From: a bacterium
Lineage (GTDB): Bacteria > Patescibacteriota > Patescibacteriia > JAZDGP01
NCBI GenBank assembly: GCA_043806935.1
Contig: JAZDGP010000003.1
Location: forward strand, 1 to 58,462
Reading direction: 5' to 3'
Length of the DNA stretch: 58,462 nucleotides
Positions 46,901 through 53,873 of this stretch are shown piece after piece; position 1 is the first letter of the stretch; every line of letters begins with the position of its first letter. The notes under the pieces were generated by a model. The model did no database searches, was not told the origin of the DNA, and saw only the letters and a list, made by a program, of their open reading frames with translations. A program made the translations under genes and the position numbers.

Positions 46901-49491
46901 TTAAACTTAACTCTCGGTTTAGTAATATCTCCCCCAGAACCGCCAGAAAATCCTTGGCTTAATTGGAATCCAATACCTGTCGCTCCAGCTGGTAAACCGC
47001 CAATCTGACGATCACCATACCCGTCTTTAATCGCAACTATATCGTAAGTACCAGCAGTCAAACCACTCAAAGTATACGTACAGTTGCTGTCATTGGACGA
47101 CGTAGTGTAAAAACTAGTGCCTTCAGCAAATACGGTAGCTTGCCTCACTCCAGTACTGCAAATATTAGACGAATCTTTAACAGTGCCCGCAATAGAGCTA
47201 GCTCCAACTGCTACAGTAGCTAATTCGAACGGAGTGTTGCTTGGTCCTTTAAACATCGCTGTATTGCTGCCATCAGACGCTTGGAGGAAATAACGTACAA
47301 TCGATCCTACCGCTCCAACCGCCTCTGACGGAATAGTATAACGATAATAACCGCTTCCAATAGACGTACCAGTCACTTCCGTGGTCGGAGTGCAATCGCT
47401 GCCTGCGCAGTATAACAATTTAGCGCTTAAGGCTGGACTGGTTGTGGAGGTAGCTACGTTATCAAAAACACGTGCGAAAACGTTAAGTGCAGATGATTCA
47501 GCTGCTCTGAAAATCGGACGATGCATAATGTTCGGCGGAATAGTGTCTGTCACTGACGCTGTGGTAGTAAATCCTCTCACTGGCGTGCTTTCTAAAGCAG
47601 TAGCTGAACCCAAAGAAGACGTGGTTTGTTCCGCGTATGTTCTCACCATCCAGTAATACGTAGTATTCGGAGCAAGCTGAGCTGGCTGGGTAAGAATCAA
47701 GAAATTGCCGGCTCCATACCCAATATTACACATACCTGGATCGCAATGACTGCCATTACCTGACACATACTTTGGAAAAGCATAATCCCACAAAGCTGTG
47801 CCTGAAAAATCAGATGTTGATTTAATAGTTATCCTGTATGAATTAACTGAACCGCTGGAACTTGGATTAAAAGTAAAGAATGGCGGCAAAGGCATACTGG
47901 TAGCGCCATCGCTAGGAGCCAACAAGGTTAGACCGCTGCTGCCTCCACCAAAAACCGTAAAACCGCTTGGAATAGTAACTGTTTCACTGCCAGTAGTAAC
48001 TCTCACATCCCTACTACCAGCTGACGCTCCTCCACCAACAGCCAAAGTAAATGTAAGGTTTGTAGCGCTGGAAGATGCCACGCCAGACACAACCAAACTA
48101 GTATCATTTGATCCGCTGGATAAAAATTGTACAGTACTAGAAACACTAAAATGTGTGTTAACGCCAGTAATGGTTACCAAAAAACTGGAACCGCCGATAG
48201 CCCCACCAGCTGGAATAACACCAGTAATCCCTGGCACTCCCCCGCCTCCTGAAGGAGCGATATTAATAGAAAACATCCTATTGCCAACCTTTGGCGTGCC
48301 TATGGTGCTATCCGTAACAGTAACACCAACCATATAGCTACCCGGCACATTGGCAATAGTGCCAGTCAGCTTGCCAGCGCTAGTCAAAGTCAATCCTAAT
48401 GTTGTTAAAAGACCAGTATCCCCTTCACTGGTAGCTGTCCACGTATATGGTTCAGTACCATTGGAAGCAACAAAAGTAACTAACGGAGAACCGCTTGTAT
48501 ACGCAGTGCCAACTGTTGTTGATGGTATTGACGGCGTGGTAATCCCCAATGGGCTACTTATACCAACCGTATCTGTGCCAATCGCTTCTCCTGACATAGC
48601 GGCTATCTTATTGCTCCCAGCCGCGATCGTGGCTGGCGTACCGTCAAAATCTTCCGCACTCAAAGCCGCTGACATTGTCAAAATTGCGAAATCCTGCCCT
48701 GCAGTGTGGCTAATAACGCTAATTGTTTGCGCGCTGCCTCCACCATCCACATAAGTAAATGGATCTGACGTGCTAACAAAAACAATACTGCCTCCCCCAA
48801 CTTTTTGGACTGGACGATTAAATCGCACATTCAAGGTTGGGCTGCCAACAGAACCTGATACACTGACAATTTCTGGCGAAGTGGCATCCACCCTGACTTC
48901 ATTAGCAGAGAAGTTACTTGACGGACCATTACCATCCGTGGTGGTTACACCATTACTTGGAATTGTAACCATAATCCGATCGTCATTAGAAGCTGTACCA
49001 GATGTTCTAACAGTTACATAAAAAACAACCGCCGAACCATTAGTCAACGAAACCGGCGTGGCTGGAATTAAGGTAACGGCATTACTTGTAAATACTGGTG
49101 CTGGTTCACTAGCTAATGCAATTGGCTCGTCAAAAGGATCAAAAGAGCCGGCAGTAGGACCAGCGTCATTATATAAAGCTACTCCTGAACTGCCATTAGT
49201 AGCCAAAGAGGCAAGATCAGAGGTGGCAAAGCCAGCACCGCTGAAACTAGCTGTAACACTGGTCAATGTTTGGCCAACCTGGCTGGCAGTAACAGACAGT
49301 TTCACCAAAGCGATTGGTGAAGAATTGACTGAAATTGGAGCACCAGGGAAGTTGCCATTAATAAGCCCAGATGTGCTTACTGCTAGACTCATTGCTGCTT
49401 GAACTGGCAACGGCAAAAAAGCCGTTATGCCCATGGACCAAAAAATAGTGGCCACTATGGTCATAACCGGCAGAAACTTTTTTCTTAGCAT
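40981..49491 (-). CDS. Giant (2836 aa) multidomain cell-surface adhesin-like protein
   Basis: Signal peptide (...LPLPVQA). Several SbsA/Big_5-like Ig modules, for example DSTAPIVQGSFPDSGATDVPVNIGAINIGFSRDINPSTI. At least six CarboxypepD_reg-like modules, for example ISGKVTDGTNVIQGASVYAY. Also a He_PIG-like module, an IPT-like module, one FN3 (ITLSWTQVSGATSYDLYRS...YYYKITAINSNGES), a Gly5 hinge and a triple-repeat C-terminal module. Confidence 0.85.
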   Translation of the reverse strand: MLRKKFLPVMTIVATIFWSMGITAFLPLPVQAAMSLAVSTSGLINGNFPGAPISVNSSPIALVKLSVTASQVGQTLTSVTASFSGAGFATSDLASLATNGSSGVALYNDAGPTAGSFDPFDEPIALASEPAPVFTSNAVTLIPATPVSLTNGSAVVFYVTVRTSGTASNDDRIMVTIPSNGVTTTDGNGPSSNFSANEVRVDATSPEIVSVSGSVGSPTLNVRFNRPVQKVGGGSIVFVSTSDPFTYVDGGGSAQTISVISHTAGQDFAILTMSAALSAEDFDGTPATIAAGSNKIAAMSGEAIGTDTVGISSPLGITTPSIPSTTVGTAYTSGSPLVTFVASNGTEPYTWTATSEGDTGLLTTLGLTLTSAGKLTGTIANVPGSYMVGVTVTDSTIGTPKVGNRMFSINIAPSGGGGVPGITGVIPAGGAIGGSSFLVTITGVNTHFSVSSTVQFLSSGSNDTSLVVSGVASSSATNLTFTLAVGGGASAGSRDVRVTTGSETVTIPSGFTVFGGGSSGLTLLAPSDGATSMPLPPFFTFNPSSSGSVNSYRITIKSTSDFSGTALWDYAFPKYVSGNGSHCDPGMCNIGYGAGNFLILTQPAQLAPNTTYYWMVRTYAEQTTSSLGSATALESTPVRGFTTTASVTDTIPPNIMHRPIFRAAESSALNVFARVFDNVATSTTSPALSAKLLYCAGSDCTPTTEVTGTSIGSGYYRYTIPSEAVGAVGSIVRYFLQASDGSNTAMFKGPSNTPFELATVAVGASSIAGTVKDSSNICSTGVRQATVFAEGTSFYTTSSNDSNCTYTLSGLTAGTYDIVAIKDGYGDRQIGGLPAGATGIGFQLSQGFSGGSGGDITKPRVKFNGPMDGMSGIPGGDSNFKIFVVFDKAMSQSAATAIGNLKVNDASTGELVDITSSKGSWAYYSSNPNIPGVPPESNMAVWSFSGTNTFGDNKTIAVVVSSNVTDTAGNSIQGNQPDGSYAFTFTTNSTANFIGFNSTTGGFSGGGTFGAGAFVPPHVKGTTPPPGSFDVPRNTKLVIDFSDVMADDGGIYLLKDYVKLYSVSGITETDVTSLAIDTVTLGSSKLTATVTLKSGFNSGQFAASTSYRLKVLGGAKAANGIAISPPDQASNPMFMSEFKVGTSTDSTAPIVQGSFPDSGATDVPVNIGAINIGFSRDINPSTITSSTFYVSVGSTAINGSVEYRPLERQAFFIPKSALNPNTTYTINITTGAQSLTGVAVATAVSRIFTTGAADSAAPAVSFMNGDDYAIALTFSEPMNAAKVTDSINWPNSVLNPTVYDVIKYGDVGFNPDSAGTIVDISNAQFNYDGSTNTVTIQGLGLAVAVGKDLYLSLDESGDNIAKDLSGNTLPSTGKSARSVIQNSATTKGALGPMAVSDSAFGSGGGFIPTNFSSTTFGFAPPVEVRPFNMMAGQTTIYGVRLPISRQIPSGGTIVLTFPTGFDVSGAKQDINSPMRSDLNGPGSGTVKFKCSSSVNNGKTCAGSANSDDTGTAQGGLADDGIVVNTASRTVTVYLNGATNSDGHDFLTIDIAGIKNSTVPKDFNTSGYTVDVKTKDSSTVVESLSSTPFFIQASGSSSLGGTITATSNNGTGTMKVYLMSPMTGPLETTSANFSGGATASYSFTNLVNGEYYLFTDQTVSTSNADFNGKGSPERVVVNGATTFSFSLSNASTGGTNVTVRISGPANEPLDIFAGSPNGFKVKQVTLDADADNPENFTINLGNGRWFVGVGPQMPKGPAGGPPPAPNYIMPKPVDIQVDGATITESSATANDGILVFTLATTSKTINGVVKDSGNKVMANAEVYAYSPTGGFGTHAQTDTAGAFTLNVADGSYIVGAFLPGMPPSKEVPVMVTSDSSTYLLLDGATTAITPAAAATAFVLKVAKPDYTISGKVTDGTNVIQGASVYAYRTDGPGNANANANSSGSYTLYVSNGTWKVGSFVPQYGQLSEQTVVINGSSASNINFTPTATGTFYSVSGTVTSGGSPASGVFVRVMGNNNFNEAITGVDGTYSVRVPAGNGYIARAFIPSVGELPPLAAFDVANDVSNKDFTVANVRTVAITVSSSVDKMFVDLVSVNGQRSHAEVTNGTVSSLSTQDGGYKVQVGMPGMFLTPGNIAGGDGTTYNSTTGIVTVDGNESLTITLPTLRTVSGTVTDGTNPIRDAWVEMVNPTSGIHIGQKTASNGTVTLKVPNASSAYLVNAMKPGYFREASSFSVNASVIDADLIGQTLTMGAASTTISGQVKIGEAGAASAFVRAEKQGGGYSGTQADANGNYVLPVSSGVWRVFAVAEGYAETPFASNPIDVTGGSVISKNIGLNATFALNPPKSKPITPANGGTLEDLTSGIRLNIPANALGTSTSASNLSAKETNNVRETGSARPVGGKASEIKATDASGNPITNLNDSVTVEKEFTVAELAAVASASDSSINTEAEVNKLTMAYWDESSANWSTLASSITYKDSDGDVVTDPAEDLSGVASVVISAPTDHFSLYAPIVSTDASAPSTPSGLAGSAASSSQITLSWTQVSGATSYDLYRSTSSNGTFSRVGTEPTVSSGSTTSYTDSSLSASTAYYYKITAINSNGESAASSAVSATTSATVVTGGGGGAFITGGQTAGQSGSQQTTVTTTPAVSTPSSVSAAPSSVAELAVEAGFIMDKSAYVSSVSSLTKKIVGKTSVSSSVQNAIEQFVTSGTSTTKVLGAGERAGVVNSYKAVYGKWPSNTDDWLDVVKISNGRWPSVKATTAEKQAEGTFKKIYKRVPSRTNAKDDAAVVVMTYGLRPSQRNLNSEKAAAKSFKAIFGYAPTSANHWDIVRAVAYSGAKR

Positions 49492-49571
49492 GTTAATAAT
49501 GTTAATCCCTAAACTTAGGGTTAGTTATTTAATTGCTTTTATTATAAACCTAAATGCTTTAAAGATACACC

Positions 49572-49580
49572 TGTGGATAA
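49572..49580 (-). promoter_or_regulatory. Perfect DnaA-box 9-mer (TTATCCACA on the minus strand) next to the putative adhesin promoter
   Basis: Plus strand reads tgtggataa. On the minus strand the box ends 3 nt upstream of the -35 position of a TATAAT -10 element (49546-49541). Confidence 0.3.
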
Positions 49581-49589
49581 CTTCACAAA

Positions 49590-49624
49590 TACAAAACTAC
49601 CCCGCCCTGCAAAGGACGGGGTAG
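49590..49624 (-). terminator. Rho-independent terminator after the S-layer-like gene
   Basis: Stem ctaccccg (49597-49604) / cggggtag (49617-49624) plus extra GC pairs. The minus strand continues ttttgtatttg. Confidence 0.75.
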
Positions 49625-49686
49625 TTGGCCGGTTGCCTAAGACATTCTTAGGTTTCCTTCAACGTTATGGCAACTAATCTTAAAGA

Positions 49687-52600
49687 TTAGAGGCCTTGAC
49701 GAGTGAAGGTGTCAGTCGGCAGGTTCTTCACCAAGAATCCGTTGTTGTAATCCGCGCTAGAGGTCGTGTGGCCAGTAGTATCGGATTGGTCGGAGAAGAT
49801 GAAGTCGCCAGTGACTGAACCGGAAGCGGCATTCGCGGCGCTAGTAGCAGTGGTGTTGATAATACTTGTGCTCAAGGCTGCGCCAGTCAAGCTTCCGCTG
49901 ACATTAGCGCGCACTTCAAACACTTTCATACTACCAGCAGCCACTTCTATTTCGCGAGCAGCCGCTAGGCTGATGATCAACGTGCCTCCAGTAGTCGCTA
50001 CCGGAGCCGTGATATCGGCTGTAGCGGACTGGGTGGTCGGGCTGGAAGAAACATCAACCAAGCTGTAGTCAGCAGCGGCAGTAGTTACTGCCACATCGCT
50101 GGCCGAAACGTTGAAGGAGACTTTCTTAACAGTCACATCCCCCTTCGCGTCAGCCGTCACCGTGAAGCGGTAGATCGGAGCGTTCGCGCCAGTGATGATG
50201 GTAGAACCAATACCATTAGTGGTTGTCTGGATGGTCGGAGCGGACTTGTACAGCTTATGGGTCGCGCCAGCAGTATCAGAAGCGACCACTGAAGTGCCAG
50301 TCAGCCGAGTGCCAGAACCAACACCAATGGCTTCAGCGGTGGTGGAAGTGCCGGCGTTCAAGGTTACGGCAAATCCGGTACCGCCAGAAACCGCGCCGCC
50401 AGACACGTACTTGAGATCAGCCTTAACGGTAATCGTCTTGTACGAATCCTTTGGAACAGTAATGGTCAACCCATCAAACTGAGCCACGCCGGAGCTGTCA
50501 ATGGTGAGCGGCTGGGTAGCACCCTTGCCGCCTTGGCCATAGACATCGCTGCCGTCAACAAGCCACAAACCAAGATAGTTGGCAGCCGGAGCGGCAGTGA
50601 ACTTCAGCTTAGTAACCTTGATATCCTCGTTTGAAGCGAAGAACCGGTACTTAGCCATCACAACGCCAGTGGAACCAGCGACTTTAACAGCTGCTTGGCT
50701 TTCAGTGTCAGTAGGAGCGGCCGAAGCAGTCAAGGAGCCGGAACCAACAACAGTCACAGCCACGGTTGGGCTGGTTTCCGCGTTCACGCTCGCGGTCGGA
50801 CCGGAAACGGAAGCGGTATTGCCTTGGGTATCCCGAGCAACCACGTTGGTTGAGTAATTAGTACCAGAACCAGTGGTGCCGGAACCAGCCAGTAAGTCAA
50901 AGGCTAACCGATAGCTGTAGAAGGTGCCGATGTTGTTGTTAATCGCAGTGTTGGAGATGTCAGCGCGCGCCAACAAAGTCTTGGTAGAACCAGACGGAAT
51001 GTTGAATAACAGGTTGTCAAACATGACAGTACCGTTGGAATTGACAGACTCAACATCTCCAATTGCTAACCCAGTGCCAGAGTCAAACAACTGCATGGAC
51101 GCAATGCGCTCATAAAGCGCAACTGCTGTGGCAGTGCCAGCGTCATCAGCGCTAGTACAGTCAACGTTAGTATCAGTACCGCCGCTGTCATAATCAGCTG
51201 AAGAACCGTTAGCACAGAGAGCGATTCCGACGCCTCCGATGTACCCATGTAGCTTCAAACTAGTCATGGTAGCATCAGCGCCAGAACCGGCTCGCAGGTT
51301 AATGCCAAGGAAATTCTTAGCCAAAGAACCACGAGTATAGGACTGGCTGGTCGGGTTGCCTGACAGAGACACGGTCAGAGCGGCTGCCCGGACAGTGTGC
51401 TGGTTGCCAACCAAAGAGGTAGCAGGCACGATGTCAGAGGCAGTCAAGTTAAGACCAGTGTCCAAGTTCCGGACATAAGTGGCTGAAAGAGCACTTAAGG
51501 TCGCTTTGATTGTCGCATCAGCAGTAATGGTGTTAGCGATATTCGCGGTGATCTTAAGGTTCGCCACTTGTCCAGCGACAAAGCTGTACGGACCAGACAA
51601 GGTAATGGTCTGGCTTGAATTAATGCCTATACCGGACAGGTCAGTCGGACCAAAGAGCAAAGCACCTGTATCCGCGTTGCTGATCTTCACGTTAGTGAAG
51701 TTAGCGGAACCAGAGCCATCCACTAAATCTACTGTTGAGGCATCACCATCCAAGGTAACAGATACCTGACGAACTTCAATGTTCGCCTGGGCAGCCATTT
51801 TACCAGTCCACAACACTACGTCAGTTTGGTTCTTAGCCAAATCAGCCGAGGTTGGGCCAGTGAAGGTGGTCGTGATCTGCGCGCCGCTTAAGGTAATGAG
51901 ATGGGATGTAGCAACGCCAGACGATGTGTACGTGCTGTTAGTGACAGACACGCCAAAACCGTAGGTATTGCCAACCGCGTACAGATCAGTTGACTGATCC
52001 AGGTACAGGTTGATAGTCGTGCTCACCCGAGCTTGCAAGCCAATGTCAGCGTACACCTCAAAAATGCGAGTATCGCCTTTGGCCAGCGTGAACGGGGTGC
52101 TGAACACGAAGTTGACTAAGTTGTTGGCGTCAATGCCAGTGGCAGAGGCTACAACCGTGCCGCCTTGCTTAAGCTTAAGGTTCATCAATTGAGTTTTCTC
52201 AATGGAACCAGCTTGATACAAGGTAATCCGCTTGACAGTGATGTCTTCAGCGGAGCCAGCTCCTAATTGGAAGGCGCTGATCGCGCGGTCCAAGTCACCG
52301 ATCTTAGCCGAGGTGTAAGAACCTGACTTAGTAACAGTGACGGTTCCCGCGGCAGCGGATGAGTAACTCATCATGTTGCCACGGACCGGGAAGGTACCAG
52401 CGACTGAAACAGGACCAACAACGTCAGAAGCAGCCACTACTTCCAAGGAATCAACGTTGCCGGAGATGCCTGTGGAAGCCATGTCAGCTGACACGGTGAT
52501 CACTTTGGTGCTATTAGCGGCGATACTCAAATTGAGCCCGCTGAAAGTAGCAGTATTGGAGCTGGAGTTAATGGTACGACCAAGAGTCAACCGCAGATTA

Positions 52601-53505
52601 CCGTCATACAGGTAAACGTTGTTGAAGTCAGTGGTCGCGCCAGCGCCAATCCGGTGAAGCACGATCGAGTTGATCTTGGTGCTCTGGGCGCCAGTGGCCA
52701 AGCGGATGTTCAAGAACGGCACATTAGAAGCGCCGGATGGAACGACCGCGGATGCCGGACTGGTTGAGTCCAAAGAAATGGTTACTGCCCCTTCGGTAGA
52801 AGTGCTACCGGAGCCTGAGCTACCGCCAGCGCTAACCTCCAGGCTGTAATCAGCTAATTTGGAGGTAACGGAAGAACCGTTAGAATAACTAATGCTGGAC
52901 GGAGCGGTCACCACGTATGCTTGGTTGAAATTGTTAGCAGTGAAGCCGTCCGAGGTAACCGGGCGCTTCGCGCTATTTTCAACCATGTAGATTGTCGGAT
53001 CACCAGCGTAGGTGACCAACTGGCCATCAACGTAGCCAGCGGAAGCAATCTCGCTGCCAATGGAGTAGTTGCTGACAAAGAAAGCGTCAGGCAAATCCAC
53101 GACCATTGAAGCCCAATTGCTGCCGTACATGGTGCGGGCAATATCTTCTGATTTAACCCAGTGGAGCACGCCGGTCTTTCCGACCACGTACACCTTGGGA
53201 TCAGTGGTAACTTTCACTAACTTCGTGCCAGGGCGCACAACCGCGTTCTTTGCGAGCGGATAGGATTGGAGCTCGCTCAAAGAAACGGTCTGAACGCTGG
53301 AGAAGTCCTTGTACCAGCTGAAATACACTGAAGAAGTCGGGAAAACATACCGCTTGCCTCCTGAAAGGAGGTAAAGGGCAGAATCTCCCGCGTGCTTGAT
53401 CAGTGAACCGTCAGTAGCTGCCTTGGCAGGAGTAAAACCCCCAACCACGGTCATGACTACCATAACGGACAGAGCTGAAACAAACAGTTTGCGTAAAGTA
53501 GACAT
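49687..53505 (-). CDS. S-layer-like surface protein (1272 aa) built from repeated beta-sandwich modules
   Basis: Start at the ATG at 53505 gives a signal peptide MSTLRKLFVSALSVMVVMTVVGGFTPAKA. It has three N-terminal repeats of about 55 aa, about seven repeated modules, only two Cys, Ala/Thr/Ser/Gly/Val richness and a C-ending codon preference. The 61-codon upstream extension in the track ORF is not protein-like. Confidence 0.8.
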   Translation of the reverse strand: MSTLRKLFVSALSVMVVMTVVGGFTPAKAATDGSLIKHAGDSALYLLSGGKRYVFPTSSVYFSWYKDFSSVQTVSLSELQSYPLAKNAVVRPGTKLVKVTTDPKVYVVGKTGVLHWVKSEDIARTMYGSNWASMVVDLPDAFFVSNYSIGSEIASAGYVDGQLVTYAGDPTIYMVENSAKRPVTSDGFTANNFNQAYVVTAPSSISYSNGSSVTSKLADYSLEVSAGGSSGSGSTSTEGAVTISLDSTSPASAVVPSGASNVPFLNIRLATGAQSTKINSIVLHRIGAGATTDFNNVYLYDGNLRLTLGRTINSSSNTATFSGLNLSIAANSTKVITVSADMASTGISGNVDSLEVVAASDVVGPVSVAGTFPVRGNMMSYSSAAAGTVTVTKSGSYTSAKIGDLDRAISAFQLGAGSAEDITVKRITLYQAGSIEKTQLMNLKLKQGGTVVASATGIDANNLVNFVFSTPFTLAKGDTRIFEVYADIGLQARVSTTINLYLDQSTDLYAVGNTYGFGVSVTNSTYTSSGVATSHLITLSGAQITTTFTGPTSADLAKNQTDVVLWTGKMAAQANIEVRQVSVTLDGDASTVDLVDGSGSANFTNVKISNADTGALLFGPTDLSGIGINSSQTITLSGPYSFVAGQVANLKITANIANTITADATIKATLSALSATYVRNLDTGLNLTASDIVPATSLVGNQHTVRAAALTVSLSGNPTSQSYTRGSLAKNFLGINLRAGSGADATMTSLKLHGYIGGVGIALCANGSSADYDSGGTDTNVDCTSADDAGTATAVALYERIASMQLFDSGTGLAIGDVESVNSNGTVMFDNLLFNIPSGSTKTLLARADISNTAINNNIGTFYSYRLAFDLLAGSGTTGSGTNYSTNVVARDTQGNTASVSGPTASVNAETSPTVAVTVVGSGSLTASAAPTDTESQAAVKVAGSTGVVMAKYRFFASNEDIKVTKLKFTAAPAANYLGLWLVDGSDVYGQGGKGATQPLTIDSSGVAQFDGLTITVPKDSYKTITVKADLKYVSGGAVSGGTGFAVTLNAGTSTTAEAIGVGSGTRLTGTSVVASDTAGATHKLYKSAPTIQTTTNGIGSTIITGANAPIYRFTVTADAKGDVTVKKVSFNVSASDVAVTTAAADYSLVDVSSSPTTQSATADITAPVATTGGTLIISLAAAREIEVAAGSMKVFEVRANVSGSLTGAALSTSIINTTATSAANAASGSVTGDFIFSDQSDTTGHTTSSADYNNGFLVKNLPTDTFTRQGL

Positions 53506-53873
53506 TTTATTCTGGTTAATTGTGTTGCTGAAGCGAGTGCTCGCTTTATGCCGCCAAACGATAAATCCTGACCTCACGCGCCCGGGACGGTCTAACCGTC
53601 TGCCGACCTTTATGGCTACCGTGAGTTCAGGCGCCTGGACAACAATAATTGCGCCCTCATTTCTCCAACAAGCGAATAAATTGGGCAATCATGCTCTGTC
53701 TAGAAGCACTTTCGCCTTGTCAAGGATCAATCTGCGTAATCTTACGCTGATTGTCCCCTCTCCAATTAAGGAGAGGTACAAACTGCCACCCAGCTCGTCG
53801 TTTACATTAACGACTGCTTCGGATGACAGGCCTGGTTCCTCATGTTTCAAAGAACCAAACCCGCGACCCGAAG

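Noticed and set aside
40981-53505. A diversity-generating retroelement or other hypermutation system targeting the giant surface proteins.
   Set aside because: No reverse-transcriptase-like ORF is present, and I could not see a template/variable repeat pair at the DNA level in this window. It cannot be excluded elsewhere in the genome.
53506-53688. The 61-codon N-terminal extension of the 1333-aa track ORF.
   Set aside because: The extension (MPNLFACWRNEGAIIVVQAPEL...) precedes a textbook signal peptide that starts at the ATG at 53505, and it overlaps a hairpin-rich region. It is more likely untranslated leader.
53506-53873. RNase P RNA or SRP RNA hidden in the long spacer.
   Set aside because: I could not find the universal RNase P motif (GAGGAAAGTCC...) or the SRP domain IV motif (GGAA/AGCAGCC-type) on either strand.
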